Below, piece after piece: positions 26,831-38,268 of a stretch of 64,000 bases of DNA. Source of the stretch: Felis catus (lineage: Eukaryota); contig NC_058368.1 in NCBI RefSeq assembly GCF_018350175.1, positions 53,508,001-53,572,000 of the forward strand, written 5' to 3'. Within the stretch, counting starts at the first letter, position 1. Each line of letters starts with the position of its first letter. Under the pieces are notes generated by a model. That model ran no database searches. It saw nothing but the letters and a program-made list of their open reading frames with translations, and was not told the origin of the DNA. A program made the position numbers and the translations under genes.

Positions 26831-27728
26831 ACTAGTTTCTCTTTTGTTAAGGTGTATTATTGTTCTGTAGTTTGGGTTGAGTCATTAAGGACCTATGTCA
26901 GCCTGTTATTATTGTACACTTTCATGTATGTTTTATATATATTTATTTTATGTATATTGTCCACTGGTCATAAGCATTTTCCCTTTTTACTCCCTCCCAT
27001 TCACTCCCATTAACACATGGGGCTTGGGCCCAATAGTCTCTCATGGGCTCCCTTTCTTCCTCTGTGACTACAACATTCAGAGGCAGGAAAAGAGAGAGGC
27101 TCCCCCCAGGTGTGTTTTAAAACCTCTCCAGAAGCCCCTCAGAGCCTTCCCTCACATCTTTTTGCCATTCCTAACCCGTTCACTGGCAAGAGCAATATAA
27201 TTATGATGGCCGAGGCTAACAAGATGGAGGAACAGCCAGCTTCCTTGAAGCGTACCGCCTCCCCAAATGCAGACTGAGGTAACACTCTCTCAGACAGAAG
27301 TGAACAAGGGGAAAGAGAGCACTTGCCACACAACCCTGCCGCCTCACAGGGTGACAGTGGAGATGAAATGATGGGAGACAAGCAAAAGATGAACAAATGA
27401 TGTAAGAAAAACCAAACAATATAAGATGCCATTAGATTGAGAAACTTAAAGCATAAAATATGTTATTTCCTAAGAAACTACTATCTTCGCAGTTTTCAAG
27501 AATAACTATGAACAAAATAAAAAATAGTATTTTTATAGGTGTGTTCTGAAAAACCAGTATTTGAGATGTGCCTTATTTCAACAACTACCATCCAGGACAC
27601 AGTGGAATCTAGGGTCTATGAGATGAAAGACCCTCTAAATTCTGGGGTCTTACTCTTGTAATACAGGGTTGCTGGCATTCTGTTAGATTTGTAAACTGAA
27701 GTGGTAGACTAAATTTCCTGTTCTTCTT

Positions 27729-27953
27729 GGGACGCCTGCGTGGCTCAATTAGTTAAGCGTCCAACTTCAGCTCAGGTCACGATCTCACAGTTTGTAAGTT
27801 CGAGCCCCGTGTCGGGCTCTGTGCTGATAGCTCAGAGCCTGGAGCCTGCTTCGGATTCTGTCTCCCTCTCTCTCTATCTGCCCCTCCCGTGCTTATGCTA
27901 TGTCTCTCTCTCTCTCTCTCTCAAAAAGAAACAAACATTAAAATTAAAAAAAA
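27729..27953 (+). mobile_element. CanSINE (SINEC_Fc2-like)
   Basis: 19-bp TSD TAAATTTCCTGTTCTTCTT at 27710-27728 and 27954-27972. Confidence 0.97.
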
Positions 27954-28720
27954 TAAATTTCCTGTTCTTCTTTGTGACTTAGGAAAAATAAAACTTAAGA
28001 AGGAATTTAATAAGATACTTGAGGCTTAGGTTTTTATAAAGGAGTATCTTTCCTATAAACATTGCCACATTATTTTAAAAATCATCTTTGAATTTAGATT
28101 TTAACTTTTTTTTTTTTTGTCTAATATTGTCTTGAATGAGAACATGGTTGACAAGACTCATCCATTTGAAGTTTTCTAGGAGAGATTACATTGGCTAAAT
28201 AATTTGGAGAAATTAAAGGCTTTATATTAGATATAGTAATTCTATAATTATTAATTGATAACCAAAAGATCATTATATTAAGTATAATAAGCTTTCTAAA
28301 TATTTATATTGTCTTCTATCTCTTAAGTTAGAACTTTGGTAGCAAGATATGGTTTAAATATTTGATTTGTGTTACATATAAAGATAGAAGTTATGTCTAC
28401 TGAAAGTGACTTTATATTGTGGAAAAAGACATTTTTGACACATTTCTTTCACAGTTTACTTGGATCTGAGCTTTTGGGCTTGAGAGCATTATGGCCAGTT
28501 TTATAAATCTACAAGGCATTTTGATGCAAGAGTAAAGAATGGAAATAATATAAATAAATTTATAATAGAGTTTTATAAAAGCGGTGGCTGGGAATGAGGC
28601 ATTGTGGTAAAACTGAGCGAAATTACACACCTTGTCCACATGCTGTGTCCATTTAAAATTGGAGATCATAAAGAGAAGTAAATCTTTTCTTCTGTTAGGT
28701 CCATAAGTTGTTGTTTTGCT

Positions 28721-28977
28721 TTTTTATTTAACTTTTTTAATTAAAAATTTTTTTCGAATGTTTATTTCTTTTTGAGAGAGAGATGGAGTGCAAATGGGGG
28801 AGAGGTAGAGTGAGAGGGAGACACAGAGTCCAAAGCACGCTCCAGGCTCTGAGCTCAAAGCCTGCTCTGAGCTCAAAGTCGGCACAAAGCCTGATGTGGG
28901 GCTTGAACCCAAGAGCGGCAAGCTCATGACCTGAGCTGAAGTCATACGCTCAACCAACTGAGCCACCCAGGCTCCCC
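28721..28977 (-). mobile_element. CanSINE with internal tandem duplication
   Basis: GCTCTGAGCTCAAAG at 28846-28860 and 28864-28878. Confidence 0.92.
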
Positions 28978-28979
28978 TG

Positions 28980-29055
28980 TTTTCCTTCCTTCCTTTCCCT
29001 TCCTTCCTTCCTTCCTCCCTCCCTTCCTTTTTCTTTCTTTCTCTTTCTTTCTTTC
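28980..29055. repeat. (CCTT)n/(CTTT)n simple repeat
   Basis: Direct reading. Confidence 0.9.
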
Positions 29056-29605
29056 AAGTGAAGAGAGGAGGTAGAGAAAAAGAATTACGGAGAAAAGATC
29101 CCGAGCAATGGTAAGAAGGGGAGAGAAAACAATAAATGTCAAAACTCAAGGAATTTTGTGTGGTGAGCACAAAGTCAAGGGTAGTGTGTAATGGGAGAAG
29201 AGCCTAGAGACTCAAGCAGGGGCCGATGATGCAGTCCTAGTGGGAGACGAGGGAGACAGAATAGCTCCCCAGGAGAGGGGAGAGGGGAGAGGGGAGATTC
29301 CTGCTGGATCATTTCCTCGTGGGACAATGGGTGACAGAGTTAAGATTCCAGGTGGTGGCATCTCTGGGCTGTAGCTGCAGGCCAGCTTGCAGAGGCTGAG
29401 CAGGTGCCTTTAATCTTCTCATTTACAGAGCACAGTTTTCCAAATTATAGGACACTTACATAGGGTAATCATCTTAAGTGGTGTGTGCATGAACATTTTT
29501 AATCATTGTGTTCTACAAAAAAGTATCTCCATAGTACAATTGGGACCTTCTGAATGTTATTGCTCATACATAAATTAAACATTTTAAATAAAACGATTCG
29601 TGTTT

Positions 29606-29803
29606 TAATTTATTATTATTTTTTAAATGTTTCATTTATTTATTTATTTTGAGAGAGAGAAAGACTGAGCAGGGGAGGGGCAAAGAGAGAGGGAGAGAAA
29701 ATTGCAAGCAGGCTCCACACTGTCAACCCACTAACCCTGAGATTATGACCTGAGCAGAAACCAAGAGTCCCATGCTTAACGGACTGAACAACCCTGGTGG
29801 CCC
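29606..29803 (-). mobile_element. CanSINE (internally deleted)
   Basis: Head and tail present, shortened middle. Confidence 0.9.
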
Positions 29804-30177
29804 TGAACACTGAAACGTTCCTAATGAGAAAAACTGTCCTCCAAAATAAGGTGGACTTGGACAGTATTACATTATGTCTGGCAAGGGGGAACCTATGCCA
29901 TTATCCAAACAGAATATTTTGTGTTCCTACATACTAATGTATCATCTTTATTAAATCACATGAGGACACAAGTAAATGTCCTGAGGGATCCAATTCCCAG
30001 CCTAGGGGACTTAATAAATCAGAGTTCAGATCATGAGGCTCTTAATGGACAAAATTAGTACTCACTTTGTGAATCATGGTCTTAATCTGTGTTTTCTCTC
30101 GCAGATACTCAATTGTTACTGTGGCGTCTGCCTCCAGCACAGCCAGTTAGCTACCAAAGGAGGCACCCCCGTGCCAA

Positions 30178-30196
30178 GAACGCCCCCTGCGGACCG
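30178..30196 (-). promoter_or_regulatory. Candidate CTCF site
   Basis: Minus strand reads GGTCCGCAGGGGGCGTT, matching the core CAGGGGGCG of the CTCF motif. Confidence 0.5.
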
Positions 30197-30631
30197 CTCA
30201 GGACACACTTCCGGGGTGGGAGGGGCGTGTAAGAGTGGAAGCGCAGGCCCGGGGGCGGCAGTGTTGGAGGAGGAGGTCATCCAGAGGACGTGACCGCTGG
30301 TTGACCCAGAGCTGGATTGGTAATCAGAAGTTCCCCACCCTTCCGCTCTCCGTGGAATGTACCTTCCGCCCACCAGTTCCACGGCGGGGTCGCTTTTAGA
30401 GGGCACAGCCTTGAGGGCACAACGTGTTGTTTAGACCGTCTAGATGGTATACGTGGCTGAACCCCGTTAAGGCCTCTATAAACGGTCTGGTCTTACGGCT
30501 GCTGAAGACAAGCCTCGTAAGTAGGCTTATTTTAAAACTGCCCCCCTTGCTTTTTTAAAAACTGCCGCCTAGCAGCCTGGAAGGGTCTGCCTCTTTCTTC
30601 CATCTCTCCTCCCTCCCTCCACCAGGCCAGT

Positions 30632-30650
30632 TTCAAATTTCAGCGCGGAA
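30632..30650 (-). promoter_or_regulatory. CDE/E2F-CHR-like tandem element
   Basis: Minus strand reads TTCCGCGC-TGAAA-TTTGAA (E2F/CDE-like site just upstream of CHR TTTGAA). Confidence 0.5.
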
Positions 30651-30664
30651 GCCCCCACCCTAGA

Positions 30665-30908
30665 AGAGTCGTAAGTGGAGGCAGGAAGTAGAATAGGAGT
30701 GACCAGGGGCAGGGGGAGAGGGAATGGGCCGTTACTGCTTAATGGGCGCACGGTTTCGGTTTGGGGTGATGAAAAAGCCCTGGAGATGGATGGTGCTGAT
30801 CACTGCACATTATTGTGAATGTACTCAATGCCATTGAGGTGTACAGTTAAATATGGCTAAAATGGTAAGTTTTAGGTTAGGTCTCTTTTGCCGCAATAAA
30901 AGAAAAAA
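30665..30908 (+). mobile_element. L1MB-type 3' end fragment
   Basis: TACTGCTTAATGGG..GGGGTGATGAAAAAG..TGTGAATGTACTCAATGCCA..AATAAAA. Confidence 0.85.
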
Positions 30909-30915
30909 CCCCTAA

Positions 30916-31122
30916 GGGCGCCTGGATGGTTCGGTCGGTTAAGCGCCAGACTCTTGGTTTTGGCTCAGGTCATGGTCTCCCGGTTCATGGGTTGGAGCCC
31001 CGCGTGGGGCTCTGTGCTAACAGTGTGGAGCCTGCTTGGAATTCTCGCTCCCTTCTGTCTCTGCCCCTCCCCTGTTTGCGCGCGCGCTCTCTCTCAAACA
31101 TTAAAAACAAAACAAAACAAAA
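30916..31122 (+). mobile_element. CanSINE (CpG-retaining)
   Basis: SINE head/tail; retains CCCCGCGTG and GCGCGCGCG. Confidence 0.93.
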
Positions 31123-31794
31123 TATAGACTTTGTATTAATTGAGTGAAAAATCACTAAGGCGGTCACATCATACTTGCAGTCTTACAGACTGCACCTTTA
31201 CCACTGGGCCTCTGACACAGTCTTGCCAGAGCTGAAGGTCCTGCAAGATCTTTCAGGAACTTAACTCTTTCTACTTCTCAATTTACCCCTCTCTCAGAGA
31301 GACTCAGAATCAGGCCTGCGCTGTGTAACACATACCAACCCTCATTCTGTATCTCTTCCCTTCTCCGGAGCTTCGGTGCACTGAAAACATAACTTCTGAC
31401 TCCTTCTTTAGCTACAGTTCCGGTCGGTACCCTCACTGGATAAGCCTGGAGACCGCATGCCCATCAGTTCAAGTAAATAGGGGCCCACAGGGACAGGGGA
31501 ATTGCTTCCTGATTTAGGATACCAGTTTCAGCCCGGAAGTATCTACTAGTGTAAGATATATATTATATATTATAGTATAAGATAGATCATATTATTCTGA
31601 AATGAACTTTTTACTTTGTGTTTAATCCCCTTACAGGAAGCTGGTGGAAGGGAGGGGCCATGTCTTAACTGTGTATGTTCCTAGGGCCTAACTCTGTGCC
31701 AGACACATAGGAGTAGGTATTCAGGAAATTTGTGCAGTTAAATTAGGGATCTTCAAGTCAATTAAACCAGTTAAACTAACATTTAGTAAGTACC

Positions 31795-32311
31795 TGTATT
31801 AGTCATCTATTGCTGTGTAATAAATAACCCCAGATTTAGTGGTTTAAAACGCTAATAATCATATGCTACTATTTACAGTTTTGCTGAATCAGAAATTCAG
31901 GGTTAGCACAGGAAAGAGGGCTCCATGAGGACTAGGTCCACAGGCAGATGACTTGAAGTCTGGGGACTGGAATCATCTGAAGTCGCATTCACTCCCATGT
32001 CTAGTGCTTGATGTTGGTGTGAGCATGTCTGGCTTCTCCACGTGGCCTGGGCTGCTTCCCAATATGGTGGCTGAGAATCAAGGGTAAGCATCCTAAAAGA
32101 GAGAAAGAGAGAGAAGCTGAAGCCATATGTTGCCTTGTCTGACTCAGAAGTTACACAGCATCATTTTTGCAACTTTTGGAACAGTTGCAAGGTATGCCTA
32201 GATTCAAGAAAAGGAAACAGACCCTAGTGGAGGTGTGTCAGTCTCACTTGGTAAGAACATGTGGGAAGGGTCATGTTAACTGTGGCCATCTTTAGAAAAT
32301 ACATTTGCCAT
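31795..32311 (-). mobile_element. MaLR LTR (MLT1F/G-like)
   Basis: TGTATTAGTCATCTATTGCTGTGTAA..TTAGTGGTTTAAAAC start; CTGGAATCATCTGAAG; GAAGTTACACAGCATCA. Confidence 0.8.
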
Positions 32312-32357
32312 AGAGCTTGTAATGTGTTAGGGACTGTGTCAATGCCTTTCTCTAGGC

Positions 32358-32593
32358 TTTTTTTTTTTTTTTTTTATGTTTATTTTTGAGAGAGAGAGAC
32401 AGAGAGACAGAGTGCTAGTAGGGGAGGGGCAAAGAGAGACACACACACACAAACACACACGAAGAATCCGAAGCAGGCTCCAGGCTCCGAATTGTCAGCA
32501 CAGAGCTGGACGTGGGCCTTGAACTCACGAACTGCAAGAGCAGGACCTGAGCCGAAGTCAGACGCTTAATTGACTGAGCCACTCAGGCACCCC
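32358..32593 (-). mobile_element. CanSINE
   Basis: TSD CTCTAGGCTTTT. Confidence 0.95.
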
Positions 32594-33694
32594 TCTAGGC
32601 TTTTCTTTAGAATATCTATTTAAGTTCTTTTAGATGATTAAATAGTGATCAATGAAAGCAACATTCTTTTGCTCTCGTTCTTCTACTTCATGTTCTCTTA
32701 AGTCTAAAAACGCAGAATATAATTGGTCATCGTTTTCATTATTCAGGGTTGATTTACTTATTAACTTGTTTTTTGGCGAGTATTTATTGAGCACTCACTG
32801 CCAGGAAATCATGTTTGGTGATAAGGGGAGAGGTGCACAACACAGAAGTGGTTTCTGGCCACGTAAAGACTGTGGTCTGGTTGGTGATGGAAGAAAGCCT
32901 TGTACCATCATTTTATCCATGTGCAGAATGAAGACTGAGTCAGATAATAGACTCATAGATCAACAAGGGTATCATCAGGGCCACCATTCTTAGTAGGCCA
33001 TGTTGACCAGATAGCTGACCATTCTAATTTTAAAGCTATCCAGGATATAAAAGAGGAAATTTCTGATGATAAAACCTGATGGCAATTCAAGCTCAATTCT
33101 CTCTTGTCTGGTTTTCTGTCAAGCCACAGAAGTGGTTAGTTCTCTCCTTATAAAAACTTGTTATATATTAAGTAATTATTATCAAGTCACTTAACAGCTC
33201 TTCCCTTTTCTAGCTAAACTTCCTCAATTTTTAAACTTTTCCTCATGGGGCCATTGTTTATTCTGTAATCATTTTATTATTTTGTCTCATTTCTGTAGGG
33301 AATTTCAAACTGTATTTTGAGTAAAGCCAAGAAGCCACGGGAGTGAAAGAATAACGTGTGGGCTCCAAATGCATTTCTGTGAGTACACACTGATAACACT
33401 GACTTTTAATGCGACACCAGCTTGTAGCTTAGAGTTCACGGACTCTTCTTTTCCTCTTCTTTGCAATGTGAGTTCCAAATCACATTTGTAACCTTGCTGT
33501 AGTTTCTGCTTTGTTCTTAAATGACCATGTTTACCACCACCATTGGAATTAACACTTTACCAACTGAAATAGGGTCTGGGATTTTATTTTCTTATTTTGA
33601 TACCTTAAATAGTTTAGCTTTTTCTCTGACCTAGGGTTGAATGTTTGAATCTAATACGTTTAGACAAACCAGTTCTAAACACCCTTGAACCTGG

Positions 33695-33900
33695 TTTCTT
33701 TCATTCCGCAAATATTTATTGAGTACCTACTATGTGCCAGGTGGTGTGCAATGCGCTAGGGGGTCAAATGCCCAGCAAAAGCTGACATGGCGCTTGCGTT
33801 CTCAGAATCTAGTGCTTGCCAAGGGAACTAGATGTTGATTGAATTGCAGACCAAGAAGATGCCTGCTTAACAAGAGGTAGAACTGTGTGCTCTTATAGAA
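33695..33900 (-). mobile_element. L2 3' fragment
   Basis: TTCATTC..AAATATTTATTGAGTACCTACTATGTGCCAGG (reverse of L2 3' end). Confidence 0.75.
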
Positions 33901-33940
33901 AGTTGTGAGTTGGAGCTCAGAGCCTGATATTTGAGTTAAA

Positions 33941-34645
33941 TAAACTTTTAATATTTGAACAGTTTTAGATCTACAGAAAAATTGAGAAGATACTACAGAG
34001 CGGTCCCGTATACCCAGTGCGGTTTCCCTATTATTAACATTTTACATTAGTATGATCTGTTACAATTAATGCACCAGCATTGGTACATTTTCATTCAAGT
34101 CCATAATTTATTCAGGTTTCCTTAGTTTTCACCTACTGTCCCTTTTCTGTTCCAGCATCCCATCTGGTGTACCACATTACGTTTAGTAACCGTGTCTCCT
34201 TAGGCTTCCATAGGCTGTGATAGTTTCTCAGATTTTCCTTGTCTTTGATGACCTGGAAAATTTTGAGGGACACTGGTCAGGTGTTTGTGGAGTGCCCCTC
34301 AGCTGGGATTTGTCCAGTGTCTTTCTCATGATTAGACTGGGGTTATGGGTTTTGGGGAGGAAGACTATGGAGGTAAAGTTCCATTCTCATCACATCAGAT
34401 CTAGGGTACGTGCTATCAACATGACTTATAAGTTGATATTGACCTTGACCGCTTGTCTGCAGTTGTGTTTATTAGGTTCTTCATTGTGAAGTTATGCTCA
34501 CCGTTCCATGGCAGCTTCTTTGGAAAGAAGTCGCTATGTACAGCCCACACTCAAGGAGTGGGGAGTTGTGCTCCACCTCCTTGAAAGCAGAGCGTCTCAG
34601 TGGATTATTTGGAATTTTTCTGCATGACAGATTTGTCATTCCTCC
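33941..34645 (-). mobile_element. L1MD-type 3' UTR fragment
   Basis: CAGTTTTAGATCTACAGAAAAATTG..CTATTATTAACAT..GATTAGACTGGGGTTATGGGTTTTGGGGAGGAAG. Confidence 0.85.
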
Positions 34646-35977
34646 TCCAGAAAGTTTATTTTATAATAGCTAGCTTTGTTGTTGGTTAGCCACGTGACCT
34701 CTGGCAAGTCGCTTTGCCTCGATGAGTTTGTTTCCTTATCTTAAAAATCTGTCTTCTTCACATAGAGTTTTGAGACATGGTAGGCCAAAATGCTTTGTGC
34801 TTTATGAACTGTGACTATAGGAAGGACTTGATGATTGTTTCTCTTAGTTCAGCTTTCTTGTCCCCCCTGGGACAGCCTTTCCTGAAGGTTATCTACACGT
34901 GCTTTCTGCCTAGCTGTCAGTGGAATGGCCACTGGTGGAGGGGGATCTGAGGCCTCAGGGGGCAGTTGCTGGCTCTGGAGGGACCCACAGATCCCAGTAG
35001 GGAGTCCTGCATTGCTTTCCATTTCTTCTCTTCCTGCCAGGGAAGTTCCTCATCTGGGGTGATTGCTGTGGTTAAGATTACCCAATATCGCTGTTTTAAG
35101 TCTGCTAACCAGGTCAGAGGGATGAGGAAGAGAAGGGCTTTTTCTAATCAGGTGACACGAAGAGAGCCCAGAGCATTTTGGTCCAAGGATTTCAGTACCC
35201 CTTGCCTACTCTTTCCTCTCTTCGCTTCTCTCTCAGTCTCTCTCAGGAGTATTTTTGGTTTCAGTTTTGTGCAAGTTCCTAACACAGTTGCAGGTTGTGA
35301 TTAGGATGATTGTCTTTATACAAGACACTTGAAAGTCAGGTTCAAACACAGCACATGCACGTTCTTTGCAGAAGATGTCAAGCTTGTTGACTGGAAGCCT
35401 GCCTGCCAGAACAAGATCCTTCTGCGAACACCAGAAACAATCTGCTATTGTCTCCTGGGATGAAACGGTGCCAATAAAGAATGAAAACTCTGAGCCAAGA
35501 GGAGGAATACCGCATTAACTGCTTCACCACTAAAAGCAATTATGGGAAGGGAGAGACAGGGTAAAACCCTCTCCTTTGTTTTTAGCTTGCAAGGACACAC
35601 AGAGCACAGATGTGACCAAAGCAAAGCCTGCCATGTGTCTTGGCCCAGTGGAGAGAATGGTTCACTCCTGTGTGTGCACTGATCAGGGTCAGAGGCCCTG
35701 CCTGCCTTCTGAGCACACTTGATGCTGCCGGTGGAGAAAGCCGGGCACCCCCTTAGTTTCCTTTCTGCTTGGTTGTCTTGGTTCCAGAAGCTGTTACCAC
35801 AGGGACAGGCCTGTGCTGGGGCTTAGGGGGAGGGTGGGGGGAGTGTGCATAGCTTTAAGGGCACCTTAAAAGAAGAGGATAAAATGCAGTATCCATGGAG
35901 GGAATCTGGGAAGAAGAAACGAGAGGGAAAAGATCAAAGAAAATAAATTGAATTAGGTAATGGGGAGGCTTATCTTG

Positions 35978-36214
35978 TTTTTTTTTCTAATTGTTTTATT
36001 AATTTTTTTAAATGTTTATTTTTGAGAGACAGAGGAGAGAGACAGAGCACAAGTGGGGGAGGGGCAGAGAGAGAGGGAGACACAGAATCCAAAGCAGGCT
36101 CCAGGCTATGAGCTGTTAGCCCAGAGCCTGACTCGGGGCTCAAACCCATGAACTGTGAGATGGTGACCTGAGCCAAAGTCGGCTGCTTAACGAACTGAGC
36201 CACCCGGCTGCCCC
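35978..36214 (-). mobile_element. CanSINE
   Basis: TSD AGGCTT(A/G)TCTT. Confidence 0.95.
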
Positions 36215-36544
36215 AGGCTTGTCTTAGTTTTATTAATTCTTTGATTTGTGACTGACTGAACATGGGGACAAGAGAAGACAGGGGCAGGGGGCTGAAATTC
36301 TCATACCCCCTCTTCCATGTTCACCCCTAGCCTCTTATGAATAAAAGTAAAGGAATATTAATTAAATCTTTGTGGGATCTCCATTTTCTTCCGTCCTACA
36401 GTCCTGGTCAGCAGCCAGCCTGCACTGCAACTCCTAGCAAACTCTCTGCTGATGTTCTGAGCCCCCTGCTCTTCTCCTGACCACAAAGCCGGTCTACCCT
36501 AACTCCTGTCCTCGCACAGAGTTCAGCTTTACTTAAAAAATTCA

Positions 36545-36760
36545 GGGGCGCCTGGTTGACTCAGTCAGTTTAGCATCTGACGTCAGCTCAGGTCATGATC
36601 TCACAGTTTGTGAGTTTGAGCCCCGCGTCAGGCTCTGCACTGACAGCTCAGAGCCTGGAGCCTGCTTGGGAATCTGTGTCTCCTCTCTCTACCCCTCTCC
36701 TGCTTGTGCTCTGCCTCTCTCTCTCTCTCTCTCTCAAAAATAAATAATCATTAAAAGAAA
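36545..36760 (+). mobile_element. CanSINE
   Basis: Head, CT tract, A-rich tail. Confidence 0.95.
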
Positions 36761-37329
36761 TTTAAAGGCTATGCAACAATTCAAGACTCTAGGAGATTTG
36801 GGGAGGTACTGGGTTCATGTGAGTAATCACTAAGGGTAATGAATGAGCCTCTGGGACGGCAGTCAGATTTCCCTGCTATTATTCAAGGTCTCTCCACACA
36901 CATGTCTTCCAAGGAGAAGCCCATTTCTGAGTTACCAAGATTCCTAGCTGGGCAGGGCCCCATTCTAGTTTCAGGCACTACAAGTTTGTCTGTGGTACTT
37001 TGTGAATGATCTGTGGTAGAGGTGGAGGGGGGAGGGGAATCTGCCCTTGTTTTAACATTGGTTTGATAATTTCGATACCTGAATCACAACTGCGTCTGTT
37101 TCTATTTTGATTTTTTAATTGTAGTTCTTCATCTGGGTGTGCCTGATAATCTTCCAGGGAAATTTTATGAAACATTGTAGAGGGTCTAGATGATACTCTC
37201 TTTGGAGAGGTGGTTGTTTGGTTTCTGGAAGGCAGTTAGTGGAGATCACCTTAATCCATTAGAGGGAAACCAATTTGAGCCTGAGTCTCCCTCTTATAGG
37301 CTTTGACTATTTAAGGTTTGCCACCCCTG

Positions 37330-37385
37330 TTTTTTAATGTTTATTTATTTATTTTGTGAGAGAGAGAAAGGGAGGGGCAGAGAGA

Positions 37386-37429
<44 letters not shown>

Positions 37430-37480
37430 CCCAAGCAGGCCCCTTACTGTCAGTGCCGAGCCCTGTGCAGGGCTCAAACT
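37330..37480 (-). mobile_element. 5'-truncated CanSINE with (GA)n expansion
   Basis: Tail and body present, head missing after GGGCTCAAACT. Confidence 0.85.
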
Positions 37481-37985
37481 GGACAGTTTGCCTGGGCACT
37501 TCCACTTTGGCGACCCTGAACTCTTATTATTATTAATATTTTTCCTAGCACAGTGAGACTCTTAATAGCTCTGCTTAGTGTTTCAGCCGCTTAGCAAGCA
37601 CTTTCTGGATCAGCTTCTCTATCTCTTGGCCAGCACCACAGACAAATGGATGACTATCCAGAGGAAACATGGGTCAGACTATCAGGCTGATTTTCCTATG
37701 GATCCCTTCTGTCCAGGATCTTGATTTCTTATATCTTGGGTTTCTTGACGGTCCTGACCTCCCATTTTTGACTCTCCTGTTTCATCAGACTGCTAAAAGT
37801 TTTGCTCAGTTTCTCTGCATCTCAGCAGCCACTTTCTGCCCACCCCCTTGATTAACTTTTCTTCTTTCAAGGATCTTGATCTCTTCAAGGAGCTACTTTG
37901 ATAGTTTTCAACACATTAAATAGGTGTGGGTGTGGGTGTGTGTGTGGGGGGGGGGATGTGTGTATGGTCCTGCTTGTCTGGTTTT

Positions 37986-38202
37986 AAAATTTTTTAATGT
38001 TTTATTTATTTTTGAGAGAGAGAGAGAGACAAAGAATAGTGTGAGCGGGGGAGTGGCAGAGAGAGATTGAGACACAGAATCTCAAGCTCTGGGTTCTAAG
38101 CTGTCAGCATAGAGCCCAATGTGGGGCTAGAATTAACAAACCATGAGATCATGACCTGAGCTGAAGTCAGACGCTTAACCGACTGAGCCACCCAGCTGCC
38201 CC
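37986..38202 (-). mobile_element. CanSINE
   Basis: TSD CTTGTCTGGTTTT. Confidence 0.95.
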
Positions 38203-38268
38203 TTGTCTGGTTTTTCTAAGTAGAATTAGTCTGCTCAAAGCCAGATAGCAAAGTTCTGCCCTTGTTTT

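Larger units (their letters stand above)
30100..30680. promoter_or_regulatory. CpG-island-like promoter with probable non-coding first exon(s) on + strand
   Basis: ~25 CpGs in 30100-30520 (hand count) against a CpG-depleted background; ETS ACTTCCGG 30207-30214; GC-box GGGAGGGGCGTG 30218-30229; inverted CCAAT (ATTGG) 30316-30320; MYB-type motifs; GTAAGT donors at 30517 and 30671. Confidence 0.8.

Noticed and set aside
30033..30406. Overlapping 86-aa and 96-aa ORFs at the CpG island
   Set aside because: Expected stop-codon depletion in GC-rich promoter DNA; no recognisable protein
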